Assembly (NCBI GenBank): GCA_008080745.1
Contig: SHMX01000003.1
Span: 120,001-152,000, forward strand
Direction: 5' to 3'
DNA length: 32,000 bases
Source of the DNA: Candidatus Thorarchaeota archaeon
GTDB taxonomy: Archaea > Asgardarchaeota > Thorarchaeia > Thorarchaeales > Thorarchaeaceae
In this document: piece after piece, positions 1-7,527 of the stretch
Layout: each line of letters opens with the position of its first letter
Numbering within the stretch: the stretch's first letter is position 1
Position numbers and translations under genes: made by a program
The notes under the pieces: model-generated
Seen by the model: only the letters and a program-made list of their open reading frames with translations
Databases searched by the model: none
What the model was told of the DNA's origin: nothing

Positions 1-109
1 CCGTGGCTAGTCCTGAGGATTGAGATTGAACCTCACCTTCATTAACATCAATTCCAATGTTCTCTTGGCACTTTTTACAGTAAGCAAATACAGTTCTTTT
101 TTCTGTCAC
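1..109 (-). CDS. Small CxxC (putative zinc-binding) protein, runs off the left edge
   Basis: Not in the ORF track. GTG at 109 with GAGGTG SD at 121-116 (overlapping the upstream stop). Open frame MTEKRTVFAYCKKCQENIGIDVNEGEVQSQSSGLAT to the window edge. Confidence 0.7.
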   Translation of the reverse strand, partial: MTEKRTVFAYCKKCQENIGIDVNEGEVQSQSSGLAT

Positions 110-119
110 TAATACCACC

Positions 120-785
120 TCATTCACGAAGAATACCATATGTCATAGTCAAAAGTCCAACCATGCTGACAAGTGGTACAATAACAGCCAAGTGCGCAAT
201 TGAATCAATCATCTCAGCAGTAATGAAAATAGTATATCCCACAAGAAGTATCAGAGTTCGGGTTCGGAAGGTAGGATCCTTTTCACGAAGGACTACAAGT
301 AAAAGAATGCCGATATTAACAAACGACTCAAATATAATTACACCAAGTATTGCCATTGGCATTCTAAAATTCGAAGCACCATCAACGACACCTGTGAATT
401 CGATTTCCAATGTCCCCAAAATAAATGCAGCATAGCCAGCCAAGAGCCACATTGCCGCCATAACCACCAGAATAATTTTCTGCTTAGTGGTTTCTCGGTA
501 TTGAACACTCAGAGGATAGAGTAAGAAGCTACTGAAGAGCGCTGTAACTATCAAACCTAGACTCAGTCCAGCCTTCGATAGCAAAGCATCTTCGATACCT
601 GCAGGTTCAAAAAAGCCTTTTGAGAAGTTTAGTAGCATGGAAACTGCAAATAGAAGAATAAAAATAACAAAGACTAGAGTTAAGGGATTTCTATTGGAAG
701 CATATTTTTTTCCCACTGCAGCAGTGGCTATGAAAAGAGCTACAGCAGAAATGAGAGATATATAATGTATAAGTGCAAATGCCAT
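120..785 (-). CDS. Multi-pass membrane protein (6-7 TM), function unknown
   Basis: 221 aa with alternating hydrophobic segments; apparently co-transcribed with the CxxC gene downstream. Confidence 0.8.
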   Translation of the reverse strand: MAFALIHYISLISAVALFIATAAVGKKYASNRNPLTLVFVIFILLFAVSMLLNFSKGFFEPAGIEDALLSKAGLSLGLIVTALFSSFLLYPLSVQYRETTKQKIILVVMAAMWLLAGYAAFILGTLEIEFTGVVDGASNFRMPMAILGVIIFESFVNIGILLLVVLREKDPTFRTRTLILLVGYTIFITAEMIDSIAHLAVIVPLVSMVGLLTMTYGILRE

Positions 786-960
786 ATTTATGACCCAACA
801 TAAATATCATTCAACCAAACTATTAACCATTATGTGTCTGTTCTCCTTTTGATACCTTGAAGTCCTTCGTGAGATATTTTAAAAGTACTCGCGACACAGA
901 AAACGTAGGTTGACCCTAGTATTCAACAGGGTCGTTGAACCAAGTCAGGAGACATAACAG

Positions 961-1521
961 ATGGGCAAAGTCAAAGACCCAATCGCTAAGCGCATTCGGA
1001 AGAAAGCTGCTAAAGATATCAAAGGTGGCTTCTTTGGGAAGATTACACACTATATCCCCGGATGGCACGGATATCAAGAGAAAGAAGAACGCCGAGCCGC
1101 TGATAAAGTACTTCGAGAGTTTATTGCAGATCAGCTTAGACTGGTCAAGCAGGATCTTGAGAAGCTTCAGATGATGGCTGTGGATTATGACCTAAGCAAG
1201 ACTTGGGAAACGTTCGATAGGATGCTAAATCTGTGCGATAAGATGGAATCATCAATTAGATATGCAGATTACGGCTATGCCGCTTGGGGAAGCAAAGAGA
1301 AAGTCAATGAAGGCGAGCTTGACAATATGTACGAGTTCGATGCTACACTGATTGAGGACATCGGTGCAATCAATGATGTTGCAGAAGAGTTCCTGGATCA
1401 GATGAACCAAGGGCAGTTCGACCAAGCTTGGAACTACACCTACCGAATGTGGCAGATCATGCAGCGTCTCGAAGAGAAATGGAATCAGAGAGAAGGCTAC
1501 ATGAAAGGTTATCAGGATTAA
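961..1521 (+). CDS. Conserved all-alpha hypothetical protein (IPGxxGYxEKExRRxxDKxLR family)
   Basis: 186 aa, ATG with GGAG SD at 948-951, amphipathic helical pattern, followed by a hairpin/U-tract. Confidence 0.85.
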   Translation: MGKVKDPIAKRIRKKAAKDIKGGFFGKITHYIPGWHGYQEKEERRAADKVLREFIADQLRLVKQDLEKLQMMAVDYDLSKTWETFDRMLNLCDKMESSIRYADYGYAAWGSKEKVNEGELDNMYEFDATLIEDIGAINDVAEEFLDQMNQGQFDQAWNYTYRMWQIMQRLEEKWNQREGYMKGYQD

Positions 1522-1525
1522 AGCT

Positions 1526-1566
1526 CTGGGGGTTTTCCCCCAGTTCTTTATCTTATTTTTATTTTC
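1526..1566 (+). terminator. Hairpin plus T-rich tract, putative terminator
   Basis: CTGGGGG-TTTT-CCCCCAG (1526-1543), 4 nt after the stop codon, then TTCTTTATCTTATTTTTATTTTC. Confidence 0.65.
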
Positions 1567-1674
1567 TAATAACTAAACTATTCATACTAAATGGATATTG
1601 AAATCAAATCAACACAGCGTATCGATTTATTGTCACAAATAAATTCTTAATTTGAATTCCAAATTCGTTATCAC

Positions 1675-1986
1675 ATGAGCAATCCCATTGATGCCATCAA
1701 AACCACATGCATTGAGCTAATAGAAGCTCTAGAACAAGACTCCTGTCCGGATTTGAATAAATTCGCAATATCATTCTCAAAAGCTGTTGATCGAGCAATG
1801 GAGGCGTATAATGCAGGACAAATCTCGGTGGATATGTCAACTCTTCCAAGAGTTATGCATCAGTTTGCTACAGAGGAATTACCGAAGCTCTGTGCTGGAA
1901 ATTCAGATGATAGGAGAATAGCTAGAAAGCAATGTAAATTATTTCTAGTCACTATGGAAGAGTTAGTTCAGCCTGAAACAAAGTGA
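1675..1986 (+). CDS. Small helical hypothetical protein, paralog of 3810-4196
   Basis: 103 aa ATG ORF; aligns without gaps to the C-terminal 64 aa of the 3810-4196 protein. Confidence 0.75.
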   Translation: MSNPIDAIKTTCIELIEALEQDSCPDLNKFAISFSKAVDRAMEAYNAGQISVDMSTLPRVMHQFATEELPKLCAGNSDDRRIARKQCKLFLVTMEELVQPETK

Positions 1987-2788
1987 ATTAACTTCTTTTA
2001 CACAGATAGCACCAAGTCCCATCACAATAACAACAATAGCACCAATTGTAATCATCAATGAGATGGGAGGAATTGGGTTTGTGGTATTTTTAGAAGTTGT
2101 TGTGGTTGTTTCTGTAGAAGTATAGGATGGCGATTGCTGTACACCCCTATCTCTAGTTTGTTGCGCCAATAAATCGCCCTCCAATGCAACTCCGTTGTAT
2201 TCTGAATAGTGCATTGGTACATAGTCACTATAGGGAGATGCTCCTGATACCACAATGACATTACTATTTGTAGATCCAGCAGACAACTCTATGGTCATAG
2301 CAACAAAATCACCAGTACTTTCATCATCATGCGCTATAGGAGGAACCGTATCCCGGTCATTGATTGTTGCGTAAGCACTATACTGAACAATGGGGAATAC
2401 ATTAGAGACATTGGTTGTTCGTATATCAACAACGCCCGACTCAGGTGAACCTTCGCCAGATCCATAGAGACATGTTGGTACGTGGAAAATTGTAGCGGTT
2501 ACCTCAAAAACCAATGATGCCAATGTCGGATTAGTTGTGTAGTTGTTAGCTACGACCCCATAACCCCCCCGGCAATTTAACTCGAAATCGTTTATTGATG
2601 TTGGTTCAGGTTACATGAAACCCAATAGATTCGAGAATTTTGGTCATATCGAAAACAATAGTTCCCTCGGAAACAGCTTGAACATGAACAGGCATAGAAA
2701 AAGGAAGGACAATGGGTTGCGAACGTAGAAGCAACATGATAGATAAAATTGCAACGAGAAATTTTTTTGGAATCAACCTAACTCCCAT
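1963..2788 (-). pseudogene. Frameshifted secreted/surface protein with signal peptide, Thr-rich linker and C-terminal TM anchor
   Basis: The 60-aa ORF (2788-2606) has a signal-like N-terminus and stops at TGA. The next frame is open from 2610 (PEPTSINDFELNCRGGYGVVANN...) into the 186-aa ORF, which ends TSTETTTTT plus a hydrophobic helix. One indel at about 2608-2613 joins them. Confidence 0.7.
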
Positions 2789-2864
2789 CTTTATAATCCC
2801 CCTAATGATGTATTGTTTAAACTATTATATATAATAACTTAATAATCTATCAAATTTGTTAAAT

Positions 2865-2878
2865 CGAAAGTTTATAAT
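2865..2878 (+). promoter_or_regulatory. Candidate BRE-TATA promoter for the alpha/beta hydrolase
   Basis: CGAAAG directly followed by TTTATAAT in an AT-rich divergent intergenic region, about 90 nt before the ATG at 2970. Confidence 0.35.
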
Positions 2879-2969
2879 ATTAATACTCGAAAATTTCCTT
2901 CTTAGAATATTGAACACAATATAACCAATTTCAGTAACTTTATCCAATACAAATTCCTATTCATATCGC

Positions 2970-3758
2970 ATGAACGACGTGTTGATAGTTCCAACAGAGT
3001 TTGAATCCGAGGGAGAGATGATACGAGGGAACTTTGTCGTGCCTTCAAAGGGTTGTATTAGTAAAGGAATCTGTAAATTTCATGGACTACCAGGAAGCCC
3101 TGATCAAGTTAGAGGAATAGCCTCAGATTTGGCAAGACTTGGCTTTACTGTCCTTACTTTCGATTTTAGGGGGTTTAGAAAAAGTGAGGGTATATTCAGT
3201 CTACGAGGAGAAATTGAGGATGCGCGAAATGCAATAACACACCTTTTAGATTCCAAGTACACCACAGAGTCAAGAGTTCTAGTATATGGTGCTAGTTTTG
3301 GAGGAGCTATTGCAGTTTGTTCAGCAGCAAGAGATGAACGCATATTTGGAGTCTGTTTGAGAGCGCCTCTTTTTGATATGGAACAGTATATCCAAAATCC
3401 AGACCTTATCCCTGCAATATTCAGATATATGGAACATGAAGAGTATGGTGTCATACATGGAATTCATGATGAAAGAATTCGTGATAAAATGATTCAAGAA
3501 TTGATGTCAGATGCGCCAAAATTCAATCCGATGAAAGACATAAAGCGAATAGCTCCACGTCCACTTCTCATTACGACGGGGACAGACGATCAACTCATCG
3601 ACATTGAAGGAGTCAGAAATTTGTATAGGAATGCGGGAGAACCAAAAGAATTGAGAATTATAGAGGGTGGTGACCACGTACTCTCAACTCAAAAAGCAAA
3701 AAACGAGACTCGTGACATCGTGACAAAGTGGTTTTCGCAGTTTAGATTAATGGAATAG
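2970..3758 (+). CDS. Alpha/beta-fold serine hydrolase
   Basis: HGLPG oxyanion loop, FDFRG, GASFGG nucleophile elbow, GTDD acid, GGDH catalytic His. Confidence 0.9.
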   Translation: MNDVLIVPTEFESEGEMIRGNFVVPSKGCISKGICKFHGLPGSPDQVRGIASDLARLGFTVLTFDFRGFRKSEGIFSLRGEIEDARNAITHLLDSKYTTESRVLVYGASFGGAIAVCSAARDERIFGVCLRAPLFDMEQYIQNPDLIPAIFRYMEHEEYGVIHGIHDERIRDKMIQELMSDAPKFNPMKDIKRIAPRPLLITTGTDDQLIDIEGVRNLYRNAGEPKELRIIEGGDHVLSTQKAKNETRDIVTKWFSQFRLME

Positions 3759-3809
3759 CCAAATGCCAAGAAAACGTTGGGAATATATAGTGGTTTGGAA
3801 AACTATAGA

Positions 3810-4196
3810 ATGGTGGATTGTGTGATTCTTGGCTCTCCATATGAAGATGATAAAAAGATTCTAGCTGATGAAGACTATTTTTCACAGCTAATGAGTCAAC
3901 TCTCGGAGATGTCAAGCATTCTTTCCGAGTGCGAATGTAGGGACTCGATAAGAAGTAGTTTACTGGAAAAACAGAAGGATTTGAAATCCACCTTGGATAA
4001 TATCTGGACCAATGTTGAGAGTGGGACGTACAAAGTAGATTCTGTTGCAATGTTGCGTACTATATGTACAATCACATGCAAAGAATTGGAAAAGAAAATT
4101 GAAGATGACACAGTCCCAACATCAAGAGTAGCTCGCGAGGTTAACTTGATGGCTAATACAATGAAGTTTGTAGTAAAACCCAGGCCATCCGAATAA
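3810..4196 (+). CDS. Small helical hypothetical protein, paralog of 1675-1986
   Basis: ORF track starts at TTG 3777; first ATG is at 3810. Helical, charged, similar to the 1675 protein. Confidence 0.7.
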   Translation: MVDCVILGSPYEDDKKILADEDYFSQLMSQLSEMSSILSECECRDSIRSSLLEKQKDLKSTLDNIWTNVESGTYKVDSVAMLRTICTITCKELEKKIEDDTVPTSRVAREVNLMANTMKFVVKPRPSE

Positions 4197-4252
4197 TTCA
4201 TTTTCAGTCGTAATACTGATTAGAGAGTTCTTTTCATCAATGTTTGATGTTG

Positions 4253-5011
4253 ATGCGAGTTACTATGTTAGGAACTGGTACATCGATGCCAGACCCAGAG
4301 AGAGTCCAATCTGGGATAATGATTCAGACAGAGAAACACACCTTTCTGATGGATTTAGGATCAGGAGTCCTTCAGAGATTGGTGAGTTCTGGCGTGGATA
4401 TCACAAGGATAGAGAATGTCTTTCTCAGTCACTTTCATGTTGACCATTGTTCTGATTTCCCTTCATTTTGTCAAAGTATGTGGCTGGCAGGTTTTGATAA
4501 GACACTACATCTCCATGCCCCCCCACAAGTGGACGAGTGGTCAAGGGGCGTTAGGGAGATTGGTTATCCTTATCTTCTAGAAAAATTGGATGTGAAAATA
4601 CATCATCTCACCGAAGAAAGTGTAGTCCATATTGGGAGATGTAAAATAACCAACATCCCCACAAAGCATGGCTCAATGGATGCACGTGCATTCAAAATGG
4701 AATGCAATACAGAATCTATTGTGTACAGCTCAGATACTGCACCCTTTGAGGAATTCATAGAGTTCGCCAAAGGTGCCGACCTGCTTATTCACGAATGTAA
4801 TTGGCTTGATGGTGAATACCCCAAAGAGGTTCATACCAGTCCCTCTGAATTGCATGCAATAGTAAAAGCTGTCAAACCAAAGAAAGTGGTTGTTACCCAT
4901 GTTTCACCACAAGTGGCCAATGATTGGGACCAAGTACATGCAATTATCTCAGATGGAATTGATGCAGAAGTCATCCTGGGAGAGGATTTGTTGGCACTAG
5001 AAGTATTATAA
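4253..5011 (+). CDS. Metallo-beta-lactamase-fold hydrolase, RNase Z/BN-like
   Basis: LGTGTSMP start, DLGSG, SHFHVDH (HxHxDH), YSSDT, LLIHEC, HTSP, VTHVSP. ORF track start is 4244 (TTG). Confidence 0.9.
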   Translation: MRVTMLGTGTSMPDPERVQSGIMIQTEKHTFLMDLGSGVLQRLVSSGVDITRIENVFLSHFHVDHCSDFPSFCQSMWLAGFDKTLHLHAPPQVDEWSRGVREIGYPYLLEKLDVKIHHLTEESVVHIGRCKITNIPTKHGSMDARAFKMECNTESIVYSSDTAPFEEFIEFAKGADLLIHECNWLDGEYPKEVHTSPSELHAIVKAVKPKKVVVTHVSPQVANDWDQVHAIISDGIDAEVILGEDLLALEVL

Positions 5012-5059
5012 TGCATAAATAACAAGCTAATAATACAACGTAGTTTTGTACCTAACATG

Positions 5060-5216
5060 AGGATTTATTAGGGAATAATCCTTGTAACACATGCGGCGAG
5101 TTTGTAATTAAGACTACATAACAAACTAAGGCGAGGAGCTAACTTAGTTTTTCGTTACATGCCCTCAATTACGAAACTCCCCCCTCCTACCACGAATGTC
5201 GGCTCCTCGTCACCTT
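5060..5216. other. Structured intergenic element (candidate ncRNA or mobile-element remnant)
   Basis: Inverted repeats 5060-5069/5074-5082, 5123-5130/5143-5150, 5131-5139/5202-5210 and 5151-5155/5171-5175, between convergent genes. Confidence 0.35.
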
Positions 5217-5379
5217 ATTATTAATTAGCCACCTAACAAAGAGCTAGTTGGACGATTGTTCCACGCAACAATACACAGATTGTCAATATACGTTCTGAGT
5301 ATTAGTCACCGTATTCTTATTGATAAGATACCCATAGTTTTGAGTATGGATGAAATATCCATTAGATGATTATTTCTGA

Positions 5380-5856
5380 TCAGATAAAATCAGTATAACG
5401 AATTTTCTCAGACTCATTATTGGGTTCATACATTTCGCGTACGTTGAGAGTTCCAAAAACGCTCATTAAAATCCAAAGAGGGGATAATTCAGTCATAGTT
5501 GGGAGCTGAGGTATTAGCAAGGGAAGAGAATATTGGGAGAACCAATAGGCATTGATGGCAAGAAACCCGAACCAGAAGATAGCATGAATTGCATTGAAAT
5601 ACGTGGCTTTTCTGGGAAAGCTACTATTGAGATTTTCAAGAATATCCTTGGTATTGTATCCGTGCCATACTAACAGAAATACCATGAACATAGTTAGAAG
5701 AGGATACCCACCGAGCCACAATAGCCCATATGATACTGCAAGTGCACCACATAATAGAATCCATGTTACCATGGGATTGAAATCTTTACGTACGTCTTGT
5801 GGCTTTTCATCCTCAGATGAGGGATTGGATTCGGTGGATTCACGTTCTTCAGTCAA
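5380..5856 (-). CDS. Membrane protein (about 4 TM) with acidic N-tail, tandem paralog A
   Basis: 158 aa, TTG start; shares FNP, GYP, FN, LAIN.Y, PQ and PL motifs with 5957-6409. Confidence 0.8.
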   Translation of the reverse strand: MTEERESTESNPSSEDEKPQDVRKDFNPMVTWILLCGALAVSYGLLWLGGYPLLTMFMVFLLVWHGYNTKDILENLNSSFPRKATYFNAIHAIFWFGFLAINAYWFSQYSLPLLIPQLPTMTELSPLWILMSVFGTLNVREMYEPNNESEKIRYTDFI

Positions 5857-5956
5857 TTGGGAAGCACTGAGGTCAGTAGGTGGTTGTACTTATAATACAG
5901 AAGGTAGTTGCAAAAAATACTAATGTATTTAGTTCGTAAAGGTAGTCCCAAGCTGG

Positions 5957-6409
5957 TTATTTATCGGGTCTGAACATTCTGATGATATTAGCATTACCAA
6001 ATATTGCTACCATTACGAAAAGAGGACAGACAAGAGTGAGATTCTCTATCTGTGGAAGTATGAGAATCTGACCATATTGCTGAATGAAATAACCATTGAT
6101 AGCAAGTATGAGGAATGCAGCTAAGGATTGAATCATATTGAAAATTGCACCCCTACGAGCAAGAGGGTAGCTGTATCGCTGAAGGATATAGTGTGTTTCC
6201 CTACCTAGGTTGATCAAGAAAATGAGAACGACAGTAATCAACGCAGGATATCCAAGGATATAGAAAGATCCATACCCTACAAAAATCATCATTATCATCT
6301 TCAGATAGGTAACCAATGGGTTGAAGTACCGTTTTTCAGAGGGCTCTAAATCATCCAGGGATTTTCGAAGTTCCTCCTCACGATCTTCGTTTCGTTCATC
6401 GTCCATCAA
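5957..6409 (-). CDS. Membrane protein (about 4 TM) with acidic N-tail, tandem paralog B
   Basis: 150 aa (ATG at 6406), collinear similarity to 5380-5856. Confidence 0.8.
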   Translation of the reverse strand: MMDDERNEDREEELRKSLDDLEPSEKRYFNPLVTYLKMIMMIFVGYGSFYILGYPALITVVLIFLINLGRETHYILQRYSYPLARRGAIFNMIQSLAAFLILAINGYFIQQYGQILILPQIENLTLVCPLFVMVAIFGNANIIRMFRPDK

Positions 6410-6561
6410 AGAAGTTCACAGGAAGTAGAGTGGTTTTTTCTTAATAATATAGTCCATAACAGCAAGAGAACGAATTTTTATTCGCGGACTATGCCATGTG
6501 AATGTTTAAAACGTATCAGATTATGATAAGGCCCAGTACTCGATTTACGGGTGTAATTAGC

Positions 6562-7440
6562 ATGGCAGATGCAATTGAGTGGACCAACGCTGGCCCAGAC
6601 CAAATAGTTTGGCGATATCCCGACAATAGAATTGACTGGGGAAGCCAACTAATTGTTCTAGAAAATCAGGCAGCAATATTTTACCGAGATGGAAAAGCAC
6701 TAGATACTTTCCTAGCTGGTCGTCACAAGTTGACTACTAGCAGCATGCCTAGTTTGGTCGGCTGGTTACAGAAGAAGATAAAGGGCGACGTCTTTCAGGC
6801 CACATGTATATTCCTGTCCAGAGGACAGTTCCAGGGCAAATTTGGTGGAAGAGGACAAACTAGTGACCTCGCACCACTGATGTTCCACGGGAATTTCTGG
6901 TTCAGGGTAAAGGAGCCCAAGATCTTTACGAATGAAGTAGTAGGCAATCAAAATGCATTTTCAACCAAGAAAATCAATGATTTCCTCCGTGCGTTCATGA
7001 ATGAAAGAATCATTGATGAATTTGCACACTACGATTTACAAGCAGTCTTTACTCGACTCGATGAAACCTCACTTAAGGTCAAGACCAAAGTGAGAATGAA
7101 CTTTGAGAGAATTGGACTCGAACTTGTTGATCTCAAATTCGAGGGTATCGATACGACTGAGAAATACAGAGAGCGACTTTTCTGGCTCCGAACTGGTGGT
7201 GTTGGTGGAAGCCAACTAGCTGGAATGGAAACCATGAAAGGTGCAGCAGAGTCTCTTGGTAAGAGTCCTGGTGCAGGCTTTGGTGCAGGAGCAGCCATGA
7301 TGGGCGCAATGGGCGGCATGATGGGTGGTCAGCAACAGGGCGGAGGAGGAGCCCCAGCGGGTTCTAAATTCTGTCCTAACTGTGGTACTCAGCTAAATGG
7401 TGCCAAGTTCTGTCCAAACTGCGGAACAAAGATCGGATAA
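6562..7440 (+). CDS. SPFH/Band-7 domain protein (YdjI-like) with Gly-rich linker and C-terminal double zinc ribbon
   Basis: IVWRYP, GSQLIVLENQAAIFYRDGK, LAGRHKLTT pattern; GM/GA-rich linker; FCPNCG...FCPNCG. Likely ATG at 6562 (ORF track 6502). Confidence 0.9.
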   Translation: MADAIEWTNAGPDQIVWRYPDNRIDWGSQLIVLENQAAIFYRDGKALDTFLAGRHKLTTSSMPSLVGWLQKKIKGDVFQATCIFLSRGQFQGKFGGRGQTSDLAPLMFHGNFWFRVKEPKIFTNEVVGNQNAFSTKKINDFLRAFMNERIIDEFAHYDLQAVFTRLDETSLKVKTKVRMNFERIGLELVDLKFEGIDTTEKYRERLFWLRTGGVGGSQLAGMETMKGAAESLGKSPGAGFGAGAAMMGAMGGMMGGQQQGGGGAPAGSKFCPNCGTQLNGAKFCPNCGTKIG

Positions 7441-7448
7441 TCAGCTAA

Positions 7449-7486
7449 GGAGGACTTATGTCCTCCCAAGGTTTTCTTTTTTCTTT
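7449..7486 (+). terminator. Hairpin plus T tract, putative terminator
   Basis: GGAGGAC-TTAT-GTCCTCC (7449-7466), then TTTTCTTTTTTCTTT, just after the SPFH stop. Confidence 0.65.
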
Positions 7487-7527
7487 CATCAACTCTCTTC
7501 AGAGAGTGAAAGTTATGATAGTTTTGA

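Noticed and set aside
2564-2608. Selenocysteine read-through of TGA 2608-2606, or phase variation at the C7/G7 tract (2564-2570)
   Set aside because: Read-through hits TAA 20 codons later. The homopolymer lies downstream of both blocking stops, so slippage there alone cannot restore the gene.
5168-5190. ACGAAACTCCCCCCTCC resembles the 5' P4 strand of archaeal RNase P RNA
   Set aside because: No complementary G-rich 3' P4 strand downstream, and no room for the rest of the fold.
5128-5216. TCCTCG(C/T) on both strands resembles the L3 loop of HDV-like ribozymes
   Set aside because: The flanking 3-bp P3, P1 and the GG of P1.1 cannot be formed on either strand. No hammerhead CTGATGA core either.
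5128-5216. SECIS element (GTGA at the base of the minus-strand stem) or group II intron domain V (GAGCCG...GGAGGGGG)
   Set aside because: No opposing GA for the SECIS core and no in-frame TGA selenoprotein nearby. The domain V stem is absent and there is no intron body or RT.
7375-7430. Short direct DNA repeat TTCTGTCC(T/A)AACTG(T/C)GG
   Set aside because: Explained by the duplicated FCPNCG zinc-ribbon codons.
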